A stretch of 64,000 nucleotides of DNA from a virus: positions 50,944-114,943 of the IMG/VR virus record IMGVR_UViG_3300044953_000102; one strand, written 5' to 3'. The notes beneath the pieces are model-generated. The model did no database searches. It was not told where the DNA came from and was given only the letters and a program-made list of their open reading frames with translations. The first letter of the stretch is position 1. The number at the start of each line of letters is the position of its first letter. Shown piece by piece: positions 10,199 through 19,711 of this stretch. A program made the position numbers and the translations under genes.

Positions 10199-10290
10199 TG
10201 AAAGGTATGAAAGCTAAACTTACATCTGCTAAGACAGCTAATGATCCTAACTCTAGGATCAATAAGTCTTTAAGAAAGTGGAATTGTTAA
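10198..10290 (+). CDS. 30-aa orphan C-terminal segment of a DUF6321-like protein (small gene or remnant)
   Basis: Not in ORF track. MKGMKAKLTSAKTANDPNSRINKSLRKWNC is homologous to the C-terminus of 9632..9952; TAATG overlap. Confidence 0.55.
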   Translation: MKGMKAKLTSAKTANDPNSRINKSLRKWNC

Positions 10291-10307
10291 ACTAAAAATT
10301 ATAAGAA

Positions 10308-10973
10308 ATGAAAATGTGTGCTAAATGTGGTGGATCTATGAAAAAAGGTGGTGCTACAAAAAAGATGGCTAAAGGTGGTGTGCAAAAAATTGTTGGTATG
10401 CCTGGATATAATGCAACTCTTTACCCTACATCTTTTAAGAAAGGTGGTGTTAAGAAAATGCAGAGTGGTGGAGAAAAACCTGATAAAAGTGTTTTAAAAA
10501 ATATACTAGGTTTAATTGGTGGAGGATCTGGTATTTTAGCTGGCACAATATTAGGAAATAGAGAAAAGGATTCTGAAAAAGCTAATGAAAGAGATAATAA
10601 AAGAATCCAAAGAAAAAGTGATAGAAGGGAAAAGAAAGGTTACAAACCAATCTCTAGACCATCATTCAAAAATGGTGGTTCTACTTCTTTTGGTATGCTT
10701 TCAGTAAAAGCTGGTGTAGATAAAAATCCTAAACCAACTGCTGCTGATAGAATTGCTGGAGCTAAGATGAAAAAGAAAATGGGTGGTTCAGCAAAACCTT
10801 CTGCTGATCTTAGTGCAAAAACTAAATCTAACATTGCTAAAAAAGCTAGTGCTGGAAAAGACATTGGTAAGAAAGGTAAAGGTTTTGCAAAAGTAGCTGC
10901 TGCTGCAGGTGGTGGTGAAAAAGGTAAAAGAATTGCTGCAGCTGCAATGTGGAAAAATATTAAAAGAGGATAA
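10308..10973 (+). CDS. Lys-rich modular basic protein with six xxxGG motifs
   Basis: MKKGG, MAKGG, FKKGG, MQSGG, FKNGG and KKMGG separate short modules, one of them hydrophobic (ILGLIGGGSGILAGTIL). Confidence 0.7.
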   Translation: MKMCAKCGGSMKKGGATKKMAKGGVQKIVGMPGYNATLYPTSFKKGGVKKMQSGGEKPDKSVLKNILGLIGGGSGILAGTILGNREKDSEKANERDNKRIQRKSDRREKKGYKPISRPSFKNGGSTSFGMLSVKAGVDKNPKPTAADRIAGAKMKKKMGGSAKPSADLSAKTKSNIAKKASAGKDIGKKGKGFAKVAAAAGGGEKGKRIAAAAMWKNIKRG

Positions 10974-11671
10974 TGTTAAATAGTACTATTACCATAAAGA
11001 TTAAACAAAGACTCAATAAACTTGACAGTCAAGATTATGATAACATAACCTGCTGGCAAGTTGTTGAGGCTTTTAATAAAGCTCAGGTGGAATGGTCTAG
11101 GAGACAGCTACATGGTATTAATGTAGTTAAGGAAGGTGATGAACAATCTACTCGTAGAAAGGATGACCTTCAAAAACTTTTAATTAAAACACCTTTGACT
11201 TCAGTAAAGAAAGATCTTTATTATGAAGGAGATGTTCCTGTAAACTATTTACAATGGAAACGTGTAGACATCTATGCAAAAAAAGAGTGTTGTGATAAAA
11301 GAAGAATGACTGTATATCTTGCAGAAGAAGGGAATCTTAATCAACTTCTGAGAGATAAATCAAAACAACCAAGTTTTGAATGGGCAGAAACATTTGCAAC
11401 TTTAATCAACGACACAGTACATCTTTACACAAACAATGAATTTGAAGTAGAGGAAGCATACCTAACCTACTACAGACAACCGGTAAAAATACAAATTGAT
11501 GGATGTTCAGATCCATACACCGGGATTACTTCCACTACAAATGTAGATTGTGAATTTAAAGATGACATAATAGAATTAATAATTGATGAGGCAGTAAGTA
11601 TTCTAGCTGGAGACATAGAGTCTGGAAACCAATTCTCTAGAACACAAGAATCTGCTGAACGTAGTAACTAA
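10973..11671 (+). CDS. Head-tail ring/adaptor protein (crAss-like)
   Basis: LNKLDSQ...EAFNKAQ N-terminus, LTYYRQP and IIDEAVSIL C-terminal motifs, as recalled for crAss ring proteins. Confidence 0.65.
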   Translation: MLNSTITIKIKQRLNKLDSQDYDNITCWQVVEAFNKAQVEWSRRQLHGINVVKEGDEQSTRRKDDLQKLLIKTPLTSVKKDLYYEGDVPVNYLQWKRVDIYAKKECCDKRRMTVYLAEEGNLNQLLRDKSKQPSFEWAETFATLINDTVHLYTNNEFEVEEAYLTYYRQPVKIQIDGCSDPYTGITSTTNVDCEFKDDIIELIIDEAVSILAGDIESGNQFSRTQESAERSN

Positions 11672-11677
11672 TAAATA

Positions 11678-12295
11678 ATGGAATCAAAACCAAGAACTTT
11701 AAAAAGACCAGAAATTGTAAAAGTGCCTCAATCAACTGGCATACCAAATATTGATAAACCAAGTACAGGAACATCAAAAGATACTCCTGAATTTAAAACC
11801 ATGAACCCTCTAATTACAGAGTCATGTGTAGAATATCTTAATTATAGAATTCAACAAGAAGAATATTCTTCTAGAATCTACATGGCAATGACGATGTGGT
11901 TGGATGAAAAAGGATTTAAAGGAGCTGCTGGTCTTTGGAGAAAATATTCAGATGAAGAACTTACTCATGCTGACATAGCACGTAAGTATCTTTTATCTTT
12001 TGGTGTACAACCATTAACTCCAAGATTAGACCAACCTCAACAAGATTTTCCAGGAAGTCTTCCTGAGATTATTCAGTTATCTTATGAGCATGAGATAGAA
12101 GTATCTACTCAAATTAAAAAGATGGCTGATCATGCACTTGGCATGAAAGATCATATGTTATATGAATTATGTCTTGGTTATCTTAAAGAACAAGTTGAAG
12201 AGCATGATAAAATGCAAACATGGGTTGACAAATTAAAAACATTTGGTACAGATCCATTAGCTCTTAGATTACTTGATAATGATATGGCCGGATAA
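11678..12295 (+). CDS. Ferritin (FtnA-like) with ~40-aa N-terminal extension
   Basis: Ferroxidase residues in register: QQEEYSSRIY, DEELTH, HEIEV, KEQVEE. Confidence 0.85.
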   Translation: MESKPRTLKRPEIVKVPQSTGIPNIDKPSTGTSKDTPEFKTMNPLITESCVEYLNYRIQQEEYSSRIYMAMTMWLDEKGFKGAAGLWRKYSDEELTHADIARKYLLSFGVQPLTPRLDQPQQDFPGSLPEIIQLSYEHEIEVSTQIKKMADHALGMKDHMLYELCLGYLKEQVEEHDKMQTWVDKLKTFGTDPLALRLLDNDMAG

Positions 12296-12307
12296 TTTTT
12301 ATAATAA

Positions 12308-12338
12308 TTTGGATAATTAAAAACTTTTGACTATATTA
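12308..12338 (+). promoter_or_regulatory. Putative late promoter TTTG-N20-TATATTA
   Basis: Intergenic; matches the recurring architecture. Confidence 0.6.
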
Positions 12339-12370
12339 TAGTATATATTTATTAACTAAAACAAAAAACA

Positions 12371-13720
12371 ATGGCTTATTTTGATCATGCGTACAGAAAA
12401 GTCCTTTTGGCAACAAATGGAGTTTCTAACCTAACAGGTGTACAATTAGGTACTCCTACTGCACCTGGTGCAACAACTACTTACCAGCTTGCTCCTGGTA
12501 CAATTACATTTATCAACCCTGAAACATTTATTGTTGATGATGCTCCTGCATCTTGTTGTGATGTAATTCTTGCTGCTGGTTCAATCTATCCTAAAGATAA
12601 GATTGGTCCTTTCCACGGAGGTTATCAAGAGTCTAACAAAACTAAGACTATCAAACCTCAGTATGTAAGCAAGTATTGGTATGTTAATGCTAATGCACCT
12701 TCTAACTATATTATCCATGTTGGATATACTCCATGGACAGATGCAAATCCACCTTCAAGCAGCAACCCTGGTGAAACAGGAGGTACTTGTTGTAAAGAGT
12801 TCTTATGTGGTGAGACTTATTATCTACGTTTAGATGTTAAAGGTTCTCCTGCAATGAGATACTTAAATCACAATGCATATGAGACTCTTGAGGCTTATAC
12901 AGGATGTTGTGATCCTGCTGCAATTGCACCTACTCCAGTTGATCCACGTAAAGTATATCTTGCTTGGGCTAATCAACTTTTAGAGTCTCCAATTGTAAAT
13001 CCTTTTGCATATCCAGTAGTTACTTTCTCAAATGATGGTGGAGCAACTTGGACATACTACTATCCAAATAATGTTAATACTGCTACATTACCTGTAATCC
13101 CAGGTGTAACATATGCAAATTATGAGGATTGGACTGAGCAAGTTTATGCAAACACAATGTGTGCTGGTTTAGCTTTAACTGGTGCTTATGTTGATACTAA
13201 GTTTGGTAACTGTACATTCCAAGTTTCTGACTTCTATGAATTAGAGCCAGTAAGACTTTATGCTTCTGAAGTAGATTACACAGGTTCACCTTGTGAGTTT
13301 AACTCACTTTGTGTTGGTGTAGAATGTTATGGATTACAAGCAAATGGTACTGGAGAAACTGTAGCAAGAGATTACATCTTGTCAGAATCTTACAGACAAA
13401 GCTACTTTGCAACTGACTTCCGTATCAGAGAGATTACTCAAGGAGATGCAATTGTTGGATGTAATGGATTTATTGATAGAAACTCTCTATATGATAGAAT
13501 CTACTTACTACACAATGTACCTCGTTTCTACAATCCTACTGGAACATTTGACAATGATCAATATTTAGTAGAAGTTATTGTAGATCAAGGAGACATTTTA
13601 AATCCAAATGGTGTTTGGAATGCAATCTCTGATTGGTTAACAAACTGTTCAAGTTGTAATGCTGAACCTAATGTAACAGGTACCAACTGTCCTACTCCAG
13701 TGGTTCCATTACCAGCATAA
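12371..13720 (+). CDS. Abundant virion structural protein (auxiliary capsid/decoration-like)
   Basis: Own promoter and terminator, MCP-like codon bias, synteny with the crAss auxiliary capsid gene; Cys-rich. Confidence 0.55.
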   Translation: MAYFDHAYRKVLLATNGVSNLTGVQLGTPTAPGATTTYQLAPGTITFINPETFIVDDAPASCCDVILAAGSIYPKDKIGPFHGGYQESNKTKTIKPQYVSKYWYVNANAPSNYIIHVGYTPWTDANPPSSSNPGETGGTCCKEFLCGETYYLRLDVKGSPAMRYLNHNAYETLEAYTGCCDPAAIAPTPVDPRKVYLAWANQLLESPIVNPFAYPVVTFSNDGGATWTYYYPNNVNTATLPVIPGVTYANYEDWTEQVYANTMCAGLALTGAYVDTKFGNCTFQVSDFYELEPVRLYASEVDYTGSPCEFNSLCVGVECYGLQANGTGETVARDYILSESYRQSYFATDFRIREITQGDAIVGCNGFIDRNSLYDRIYLLHNVPRFYNPTGTFDNDQYLVEVIVDQGDILNPNGVWNAISDWLTNCSSCNAEPNVTGTNCPTPVVPLPA

Positions 13721-13741
13721 TAGAACATAGTAATAACTCAT

Positions 13742-13780
13742 AAGGAGAGTGAGAGTCTATCTCTCCTCTCCTTTTTTATT
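13742..13780 (+). terminator. Rho-independent terminator
   Basis: AAGGAGAG(T)GAGAG-TCTAT-CTCTCCTCTCCTT followed by a T run. Confidence 0.8.
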
Positions 13781-13788
13781 ATAAAAAA

Positions 13789-14331
13789 ATGGCAAATCAT
13801 GTATTAAGTTTGGAGATACCTACTGTATCAAATCCATGTGTGTTCAAAATCTTTGACACAAGTGTATACTCACCACTGGTTGGAATATTTAATCCAAGAC
13901 TTTATGTAGTTGTTCCTGGATTTAAAAATACTGCTGAGTTATCTTTTGTACCAGAATCTAGTCCTACACTTACTGCTTGTGACTTTGGTTTACAAACTGA
14001 AGGATGTGGTAGTACATATGCTAATCTTCCAGATGGTATATATGGTATTAAATATTCTGTAGATCCTGAGTGTAAAGTTTACGTAGAATACAATCATTTA
14101 AGAATTACATGTGCATTGAATAGATATGAAAAAATACTGTGCACATTGAGTATTTCAGATTGTGATCCTCCAGTAAAAATAAAACAAAAGCTACGAGATC
14201 TTCATTTAATTAAAATGTATTTGGAAGCAGCTAAGGCAAAAGTTGAAACGTGTCATGAAAATCAAGAAAGTATGACATTGTTTAACTATGCAGTTAAGCT
14301 TCTAAATAAATTTGAATGTAAAAATTGTTAA
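13789..14331 (+). CDS. Putative tail hub/collar protein
   Basis: 180 aa; LPDGIYGIKYSV Ig-like part plus helical C-terminus; position at the start of the tail module. Confidence 0.5.
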   Translation: MANHVLSLEIPTVSNPCVFKIFDTSVYSPLVGIFNPRLYVVVPGFKNTAELSFVPESSPTLTACDFGLQTEGCGSTYANLPDGIYGIKYSVDPECKVYVEYNHLRITCALNRYEKILCTLSISDCDPPVKIKQKLRDLHLIKMYLEAAKAKVETCHENQESMTLFNYAVKLLNKFECKNC

Positions 14332-14349
14332 ACTCTAAAAACCAACAAA

Positions 14350-14493
14350 ATGAGTGCATGTCCAAATTGCGGAAAAAAACTGTCTTGTGGATGTCAAAAG
14401 AAAAAAGCATCTAATGGACAAACTGTATGTAATGACTGTAAAGTACAGTATGAGCAGCAGTTACAACAACAAATGAAAAAATTTACTAAATAA
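14350..14493 (+). CDS. 47-aa Cys-rich (zinc-ribbon-like) protein
   Basis: Not in ORF track. MSACPNCGKKLSCGCQKKKASNGQTVCNDCKVQYEQQLQQQMKKFTK; fills the gap, TAATG-coupled to the next gene, AAACCAACAAA leader. Confidence 0.75.
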   Translation: MSACPNCGKKLSCGCQKKKASNGQTVCNDCKVQYEQQLQQQMKKFTK

Positions 14494-16640
14494 TGTGTAC
14501 AATTGTTCCAGGTTCCCTTACCGTAAGAGTCTCAGAATGTGACCCAGATACAGGATTATATTCAATATCAGGAGAAGTTGATGTTATCAACCCTCCTGGA
14601 CAAATGAATTCTGGAACAACAGGTTATGCAGTATTTGGTACTACATGTAGTGGAGGGGGATCAAGTCCAGAAGTTGTTTCTGGATTGTTTCCAGATCTTC
14701 CAGTTGTAACAGTAAGTTATACAATTATTAATTTAATTGCTAATGGTGTTAATGGTTGTATACTTTCTGTAGAATTTTATGATAATACTTTTCCAACAAA
14801 TAATTTAGATCCTGTAGTTGTTTGTTCTGCTGAATTAGAATTTAATGCACCAGAGCCATGTTTTACAGAGTTTCTTTATTATGAGTTTACAAACTGTTGT
14901 AATCCAGATGAAGTAATATCATTTAATCCAGGACAAGATCCTTTTGTTACAATTACTCCAGGAACATATTTATATTCTGGTCCAGCATATCAAGGTTTAT
15001 TACCTAATACATGCTATACTATATCAGAGGCATTTACAATAGATCCTGCATTTTTTACTAATCTCCCAAATGTACCATTAAACATTCCAGCAAATTACAC
15101 AGAAGCTGTTGATTGTAATGATACACTTGTTTGTCCAGGATGTGATGTAAAATGTTATAGACTTTTTTCTTGTGCAGGTACAGCATTACCTTTTAATACA
15201 CATACAAATCTTTCTGCATACTTAGGTCAGTTTATAGAAATAAGTTTGGTTGGTCAAACTTCAATTGGTTGTTTTTATGTACAAGAAGTTGATCCTTTTA
15301 CTTGTTCTGATGCTGTTGAGATAGAAGTTCTTGGTACAGGTTGTAATTGTGAATGCTTATGCTATACAATATTAGGAACTGTTAAAAAATTACAATACTT
15401 ATCTTGTGATAATCAAATAATAAAAGATCCTACTGTAAGTCAATTTTGTTCAAGAATATATCCTATAGTTTCTGGCACACCTGGTGAATATCAAATAAAT
15501 CAAGGTTTACCGTGTGTAGATGGTGAATGTCCTGAAGTTTGTTATTTACTAACTAATTGTCAAACCGGTGCTACAATTACTACACAAAATAATCTGTCTC
15601 AGTATTATTTAAGTAATCAGGTAGTTGTAATAGTTGGAGAAGAAGGATGTTGGGAAATTGAAATTGCTGAAGCTTGTGATTGTCCACAAGAAGTTATAGT
15701 TGCACAATTCTATGATGATTGTCCATCATGTATTCCACCGATTGCATATAAGTTAATAAACTGTACAACACAACAAGTACAATTTTATACAACTACAGAT
15801 TTATCTGCCTATGTAGGCAAAAGTGTAGAAATAGATTGTGGTTGTTATTTTGTAGAGCAAATAAATATTATACCCCCAACAGATACACCTATTGTAGTTG
15901 AATTTGTTTTTGATGATTGTATTGCTTGTAAAAAAGTTTATTACAGATTACAAGATTGTTTTGATCAAACTAATGTAATTTATACAACAACTGATTTAAG
16001 TTTATACCTTAATGAAGTAATTAAAATAAAAGGTTGCGATAACTGTTGGCAAGTAACAGAAACAAGAACTTTTACCACATTAGAAAATGTAGAGGTAGTA
16101 CAGGATTTTCTAACCTGTGAAGATTGTTATGTAGATGCTCCATGTATCTGTACTAAGATAACTAATCTTACTCTTACAACACAAACTATTAGTTATATAG
16201 ACTGTGAAAATAATGAAGTAGATCTAACACTGTTAGTAAATGAAACATCAGATAAGATATGTGCTAAAAGATGGATTCTTCCAGATCTACCTGCTGGTCA
16301 ATTCCTTTACCAAGAAACATTTGGAGAATGTCAACAAGGAGTGTGTCCACAGCCAGTATTTAAAAATAATAGAACAGTACGTCCAGGATATAATACACCA
16401 ATTTGTACACCGGCAAAATATGATGAAATAACTTGCAAGTTTGCAGACATCTTATATAAGATTGCTCTTGAGAAAAGATATGGTATTACAAATTGTTGTC
16501 CTGAAGATGATGACAAGTGGTTGATTAAAAAAGAACTTATAGATCTTCAAGCTTTAAAAGATCCAAATTATGATTGTAAAGAATGTACGTGTGGTTGCAA
16601 TCCAGTAAATGCATGCTCTACTTGCAATTGTAAAAATTAA
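14493..16640 (+). CDS. Cys-rich repeat tail/virion protein
   Basis: 715 aa with ~65-70-aa repeats (YxLxxC...TTTDLSxY..V.I..C.C[WY]xV) and a helical C-terminal domain (KFADILY..KRYGI..CC). Confidence 0.6.
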   Translation: MCTIVPGSLTVRVSECDPDTGLYSISGEVDVINPPGQMNSGTTGYAVFGTTCSGGGSSPEVVSGLFPDLPVVTVSYTIINLIANGVNGCILSVEFYDNTFPTNNLDPVVVCSAELEFNAPEPCFTEFLYYEFTNCCNPDEVISFNPGQDPFVTITPGTYLYSGPAYQGLLPNTCYTISEAFTIDPAFFTNLPNVPLNIPANYTEAVDCNDTLVCPGCDVKCYRLFSCAGTALPFNTHTNLSAYLGQFIEISLVGQTSIGCFYVQEVDPFTCSDAVEIEVLGTGCNCECLCYTILGTVKKLQYLSCDNQIIKDPTVSQFCSRIYPIVSGTPGEYQINQGLPCVDGECPEVCYLLTNCQTGATITTQNNLSQYYLSNQVVVIVGEEGCWEIEIAEACDCPQEVIVAQFYDDCPSCIPPIAYKLINCTTQQVQFYTTTDLSAYVGKSVEIDCGCYFVEQINIIPPTDTPIVVEFVFDDCIACKKVYYRLQDCFDQTNVIYTTTDLSLYLNEVIKIKGCDNCWQVTETRTFTTLENVEVVQDFLTCEDCYVDAPCICTKITNLTLTTQTISYIDCENNEVDLTLLVNETSDKICAKRWILPDLPAGQFLYQETFGECQQGVCPQPVFKNNRTVRPGYNTPICTPAKYDEITCKFADILYKIALEKRYGITNCCPEDDDKWLIKKELIDLQALKDPNYDCKECTCGCNPVNACSTCNCKN

Positions 16641-16651
16641 TTTGTATATTA
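16621..16651 (+). promoter_or_regulatory. Putative late promoter CTTG-N20-TATATTA
   Basis: Recurring architecture upstream of 16667. Confidence 0.5.
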
Positions 16652-16666
16652 TAAATAGAACAAAAT

Positions 16667-18376
16667 ATGAAGCCTTTAAATTTAGATAACAGACCATGCT
16701 CTCCAATATCATCTAATTGTGTGATATGGCAAGGACCTACATTAGATTGTATTAGTCTATGTACTGGAGATACTATATCTGATGTTGTAGCAAAAATGGC
16801 TACAGAACTTTGTACATTACTTGATCAAACTAATGTTACAAATTATGACCTTACTTGTCTTGGAATTACATCTTGTGGTCCTCAAGATTTTCAAGCTCTT
16901 ATACAATTACTAATTGATAAAATTTGTGAACTTCAAGGTTTACCAGTTAATCAACTTCAGTCAACTTCTACATGTCCAGATTGTTTGGTTTCAGTAGCTC
17001 CATGTTTTGTAGAAAATGGTCAAACTACAATGCAGTTGATTGACTATGTTCAAATGATTGCAAATAAACTTTGTGATTTAATTGCACAAATTGCAGACAT
17101 ACAAACTCAAATAGACAATTTGGATATTAGAGTTACTGTATTAGAAAATACTCCTCCACCATCATTTACACTTCCAAGTATAGCAGTAGATTGTACATTA
17201 TCAGATGGTGTTATTGTTGGAGGAAATGCTTATACAATTGATCTTATACTAAATGCATTAGTAAATGATGATACTTATGGATACTGTGCACTATTGGGTG
17301 CAACAGGTTTACCTGCTGATATTATCTCTGCAGTATCTGGTGCATGTATTACATCTACCACTCCAACATTGTCTAATGCACCAACACCTTATGGTACTGA
17401 GTATTTAGGTTCTTGGGTTAATACCCCTACTACGGTTGCTGATGCAATTACTAATATTTGGATTGTACTTTGTGATATTTATCAATACTTACAAAGTCCA
17501 ACTTTAAATGTAACTGACACAACTACTGTAAATCTAACATATTCATCTGGAACACTATCTGCACAAGTACAAGATACTGGTTGGCTTGATTTAGATGGTT
17601 TTTCATTTATGGCATCAAATGCTAATAGACCTCAGTGTAGAAGAATAGGAAATGAAGTACATTTTAGAGGATATGTAACAGTACCAATGGGAAATGCTGA
17701 TTCTGGAGGAAGTGGTAGTGTTAATCCTGCAACAAATGCTAATGATTATGTAGGATTAGCTTATGGTAATACATTTAATACTGTGCAATCTGGAAATGCA
17801 CCTGACTCATGTAAATTAGTTACTTATAATAGTGGTGTTTGGGCTGCAGGTAATGTGGGTATTGGATTAAGTTTTAATCTTGGTAATTCTGTTATTCCTT
17901 CTGGAATACTTGCTCCTGGACAACTTTTTGATGGTAGTTATGCTTTAGGTGGTGGGACAAGAAATATTATTTTTAGAACTGTAAGAACTACTGGTGGTAA
18001 AAATGCAGCTCTTCATTCATTAGGAAGTCTTTCTATATCAAGCACTGGTATATTATTTTGGGGAGGCCCATTATATGATGAGACATATCCTTCAGCAGTT
18101 TCTGGTTGGGAATATAGTGGGATTGGTAGAAGTATGATAAGTAATATAATATCTGGAGAAAATGTACCAACATTTACACCAACAGCACCATCAAGTTATA
18201 ATGCAACTGGAGCAGGAGCATATACTCCAAGTTTAACAGGGGTTGCAGATACATGGGCATTTACTCAAAATGCTGGTCATGCAGATCAACTTGGTGGATT
18301 TATAATTAGAATAGATGGTTTAAAAGCATTTATTGATCCTTGTGATCCAATAATACCAACACCATCACCTTGTTAA
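16667..18376 (+). CDS. Tail fibre/spike-like protein
   Basis: Cys-rich N-terminal attachment domain, coiled coil, DTGW..RRIGNEVHFRG receptor-binding-type motif. Confidence 0.6.
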   Translation: MKPLNLDNRPCSPISSNCVIWQGPTLDCISLCTGDTISDVVAKMATELCTLLDQTNVTNYDLTCLGITSCGPQDFQALIQLLIDKICELQGLPVNQLQSTSTCPDCLVSVAPCFVENGQTTMQLIDYVQMIANKLCDLIAQIADIQTQIDNLDIRVTVLENTPPPSFTLPSIAVDCTLSDGVIVGGNAYTIDLILNALVNDDTYGYCALLGATGLPADIISAVSGACITSTTPTLSNAPTPYGTEYLGSWVNTPTTVADAITNIWIVLCDIYQYLQSPTLNVTDTTTVNLTYSSGTLSAQVQDTGWLDLDGFSFMASNANRPQCRRIGNEVHFRGYVTVPMGNADSGGSGSVNPATNANDYVGLAYGNTFNTVQSGNAPDSCKLVTYNSGVWAAGNVGIGLSFNLGNSVIPSGILAPGQLFDGSYALGGGTRNIIFRTVRTTGGKNAALHSLGSLSISSTGILFWGGPLYDETYPSAVSGWEYSGIGRSMISNIISGENVPTFTPTAPSSYNATGAGAYTPSLTGVADTWAFTQNAGHADQLGGFIIRIDGLKAFIDPCDPIIPTPSPC

Positions 18377-18409
18377 TGTATATATAAGTTTAATTAAAAA
18401 ATAAAAAAA

Positions 18410-19711
18410 ATGGCAACTAATAACTGTGGAAATTCAAATTGTGGATGCACAAATACATATACTGTAACGGCACCATGTCCTCCTTCATGCCCTGAAGTAT
18501 TTAATTCATCTTGTATTGTTTACACAGGTACTGATATTTTATGTAATCAAGATACTGTAATTAGCAGATATGATTATCTTGATACTATTATTACTAAACT
18601 AGTAAACTACATCTGTAGCGTTCAAGCTCCAGTAACAGTTGTAGTAGGATCTACTTATGTTGATGTATCTCAAAATACAGTAGGTAATACAACTACATAT
18701 ACTGTATCTGTAGATATTCCTGCACTTCAAGCATATTTTGATATAATTATTTCTCAAACAATTGCAGCTTCAATTTTTGAAGGGCCTGGTATTGATGTAA
18801 GTGTTAATCCAATTACAAATGCTGTAACTATTTCTCATGAAGATACATCAACTGTAGCAAACTTATCAAGCAGTAATTCAGGTAATACTTTTATTCAAGA
18901 TATCTTCTTTACATTTGACACCTTTGGACATGTTACTGGTGCATCAGTTGTTCCTAGTTCTGTAACTCCTCCAAATGATTTTGATAGAGCTCAGATTAAT
19001 CCTGATTTAGGATTTACATGGGGACCTAATAATGATCCAACTAATATTCAAATTGCTGATGCTCCTGGAGATACATTAAACTTTGTGGCTGGAACAGGTA
19101 TTACACTTAATGCAAGTACTGTACCTACTACTGACGCAATTAGAATTACTAACTCTGATCCAGGTTCTGCAGTTACACTTACTTCAGCCGGTGGTACAGA
19201 AACTTTAGTAAATAATGGTACAGGACCTGCTTTAGCAACAAAAGGACTTACTGCAGGAACAGGTATTTCATTAACTGGTACAGCAACTGCAATTACGTTG
19301 ACTAATACAGATCCAGGATCTGCTGTTACTTTAACAGATGCTGGTACTACTGCACATGAATCATTAGTAAATAATGGGGTTGGTCCAGCTCTAGCTACTA
19401 AAGGATTAAAAGCAGGTACTGGAATTTCATTAAGTGCTACTGGTACAGATATTACTATTACTAATACCATTACTTCAGTTGTTCAAAAATACACAACAAC
19501 AACTTTTCTTCCGGGAGCAGGTAGTGTTACTATCACACATAACTTAAACACACTAGATATTGTTGTTGCTGTCTCTCAAGATGGAGTTCCTCCATTAAAT
19601 GGTTTAGTACCTGGTGTTGACTACACTTACACCATTACAAGTTTAAATACAATAAATGTTAATGATGCAGCATTTGGTGGTGGCTCTATTAGAGTTACTG
19701 TTATAGGATAA
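18410..19711 (+). CDS. Tail/head fibre protein with tandem repeats
   Basis: Shares the N-terminal SSC[IV]x[YW]xG..C domain with 16667; TFDTFGHVT, AGTGI repeats and C-terminal TITHNLNT motif. Confidence 0.6.
   Translation: MATNNCGNSNCGCTNTYTVTAPCPPSCPEVFNSSCIVYTGTDILCNQDTVISRYDYLDTIITKLVNYICSVQAPVTVVVGSTYVDVSQNTVGNTTTYTVSVDIPALQAYFDIIISQTIAASIFEGPGIDVSVNPITNAVTISHEDTSTVANLSSSNSGNTFIQDIFFTFDTFGHVTGASVVPSSVTPPNDFDRAQINPDLGFTWGPNNDPTNIQIADAPGDTLNFVAGTGITLNASTVPTTDAIRITNSDPGSAVTLTSAGGTETLVNNGTGPALATKGLTAGTGISLTGTATAITLTNTDPGSAVTLTDAGTTAHESLVNNGVGPALATKGLKAGTGISLSATGTDITITNTITSVVQKYTTTTFLPGAGSVTITHNLNTLDIVVAVSQDGVPPLNGLVPGVDYTYTITSLNTINVNDAAFGGGSIRVTVIG
19148..19460 (+). repeat. Two tandem ~153-nt (51-53 aa) coding repeats in fibre gene
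   Basis: TN[ST]DPGSAVTLT.AG..E[TS]LVNNG.GPALATKGL.AGTGISL starts at 19148 and 19301. Confidence 0.85.

Noticed and set aside
14493-19711. CRISPR array or DGR template/variable repeats in the tail region
   Set aside because: Repeats are in-frame protein repeats with synonymous divergence; no spacer structure, no adenine-specific variation and no reverse transcriptase in the window.
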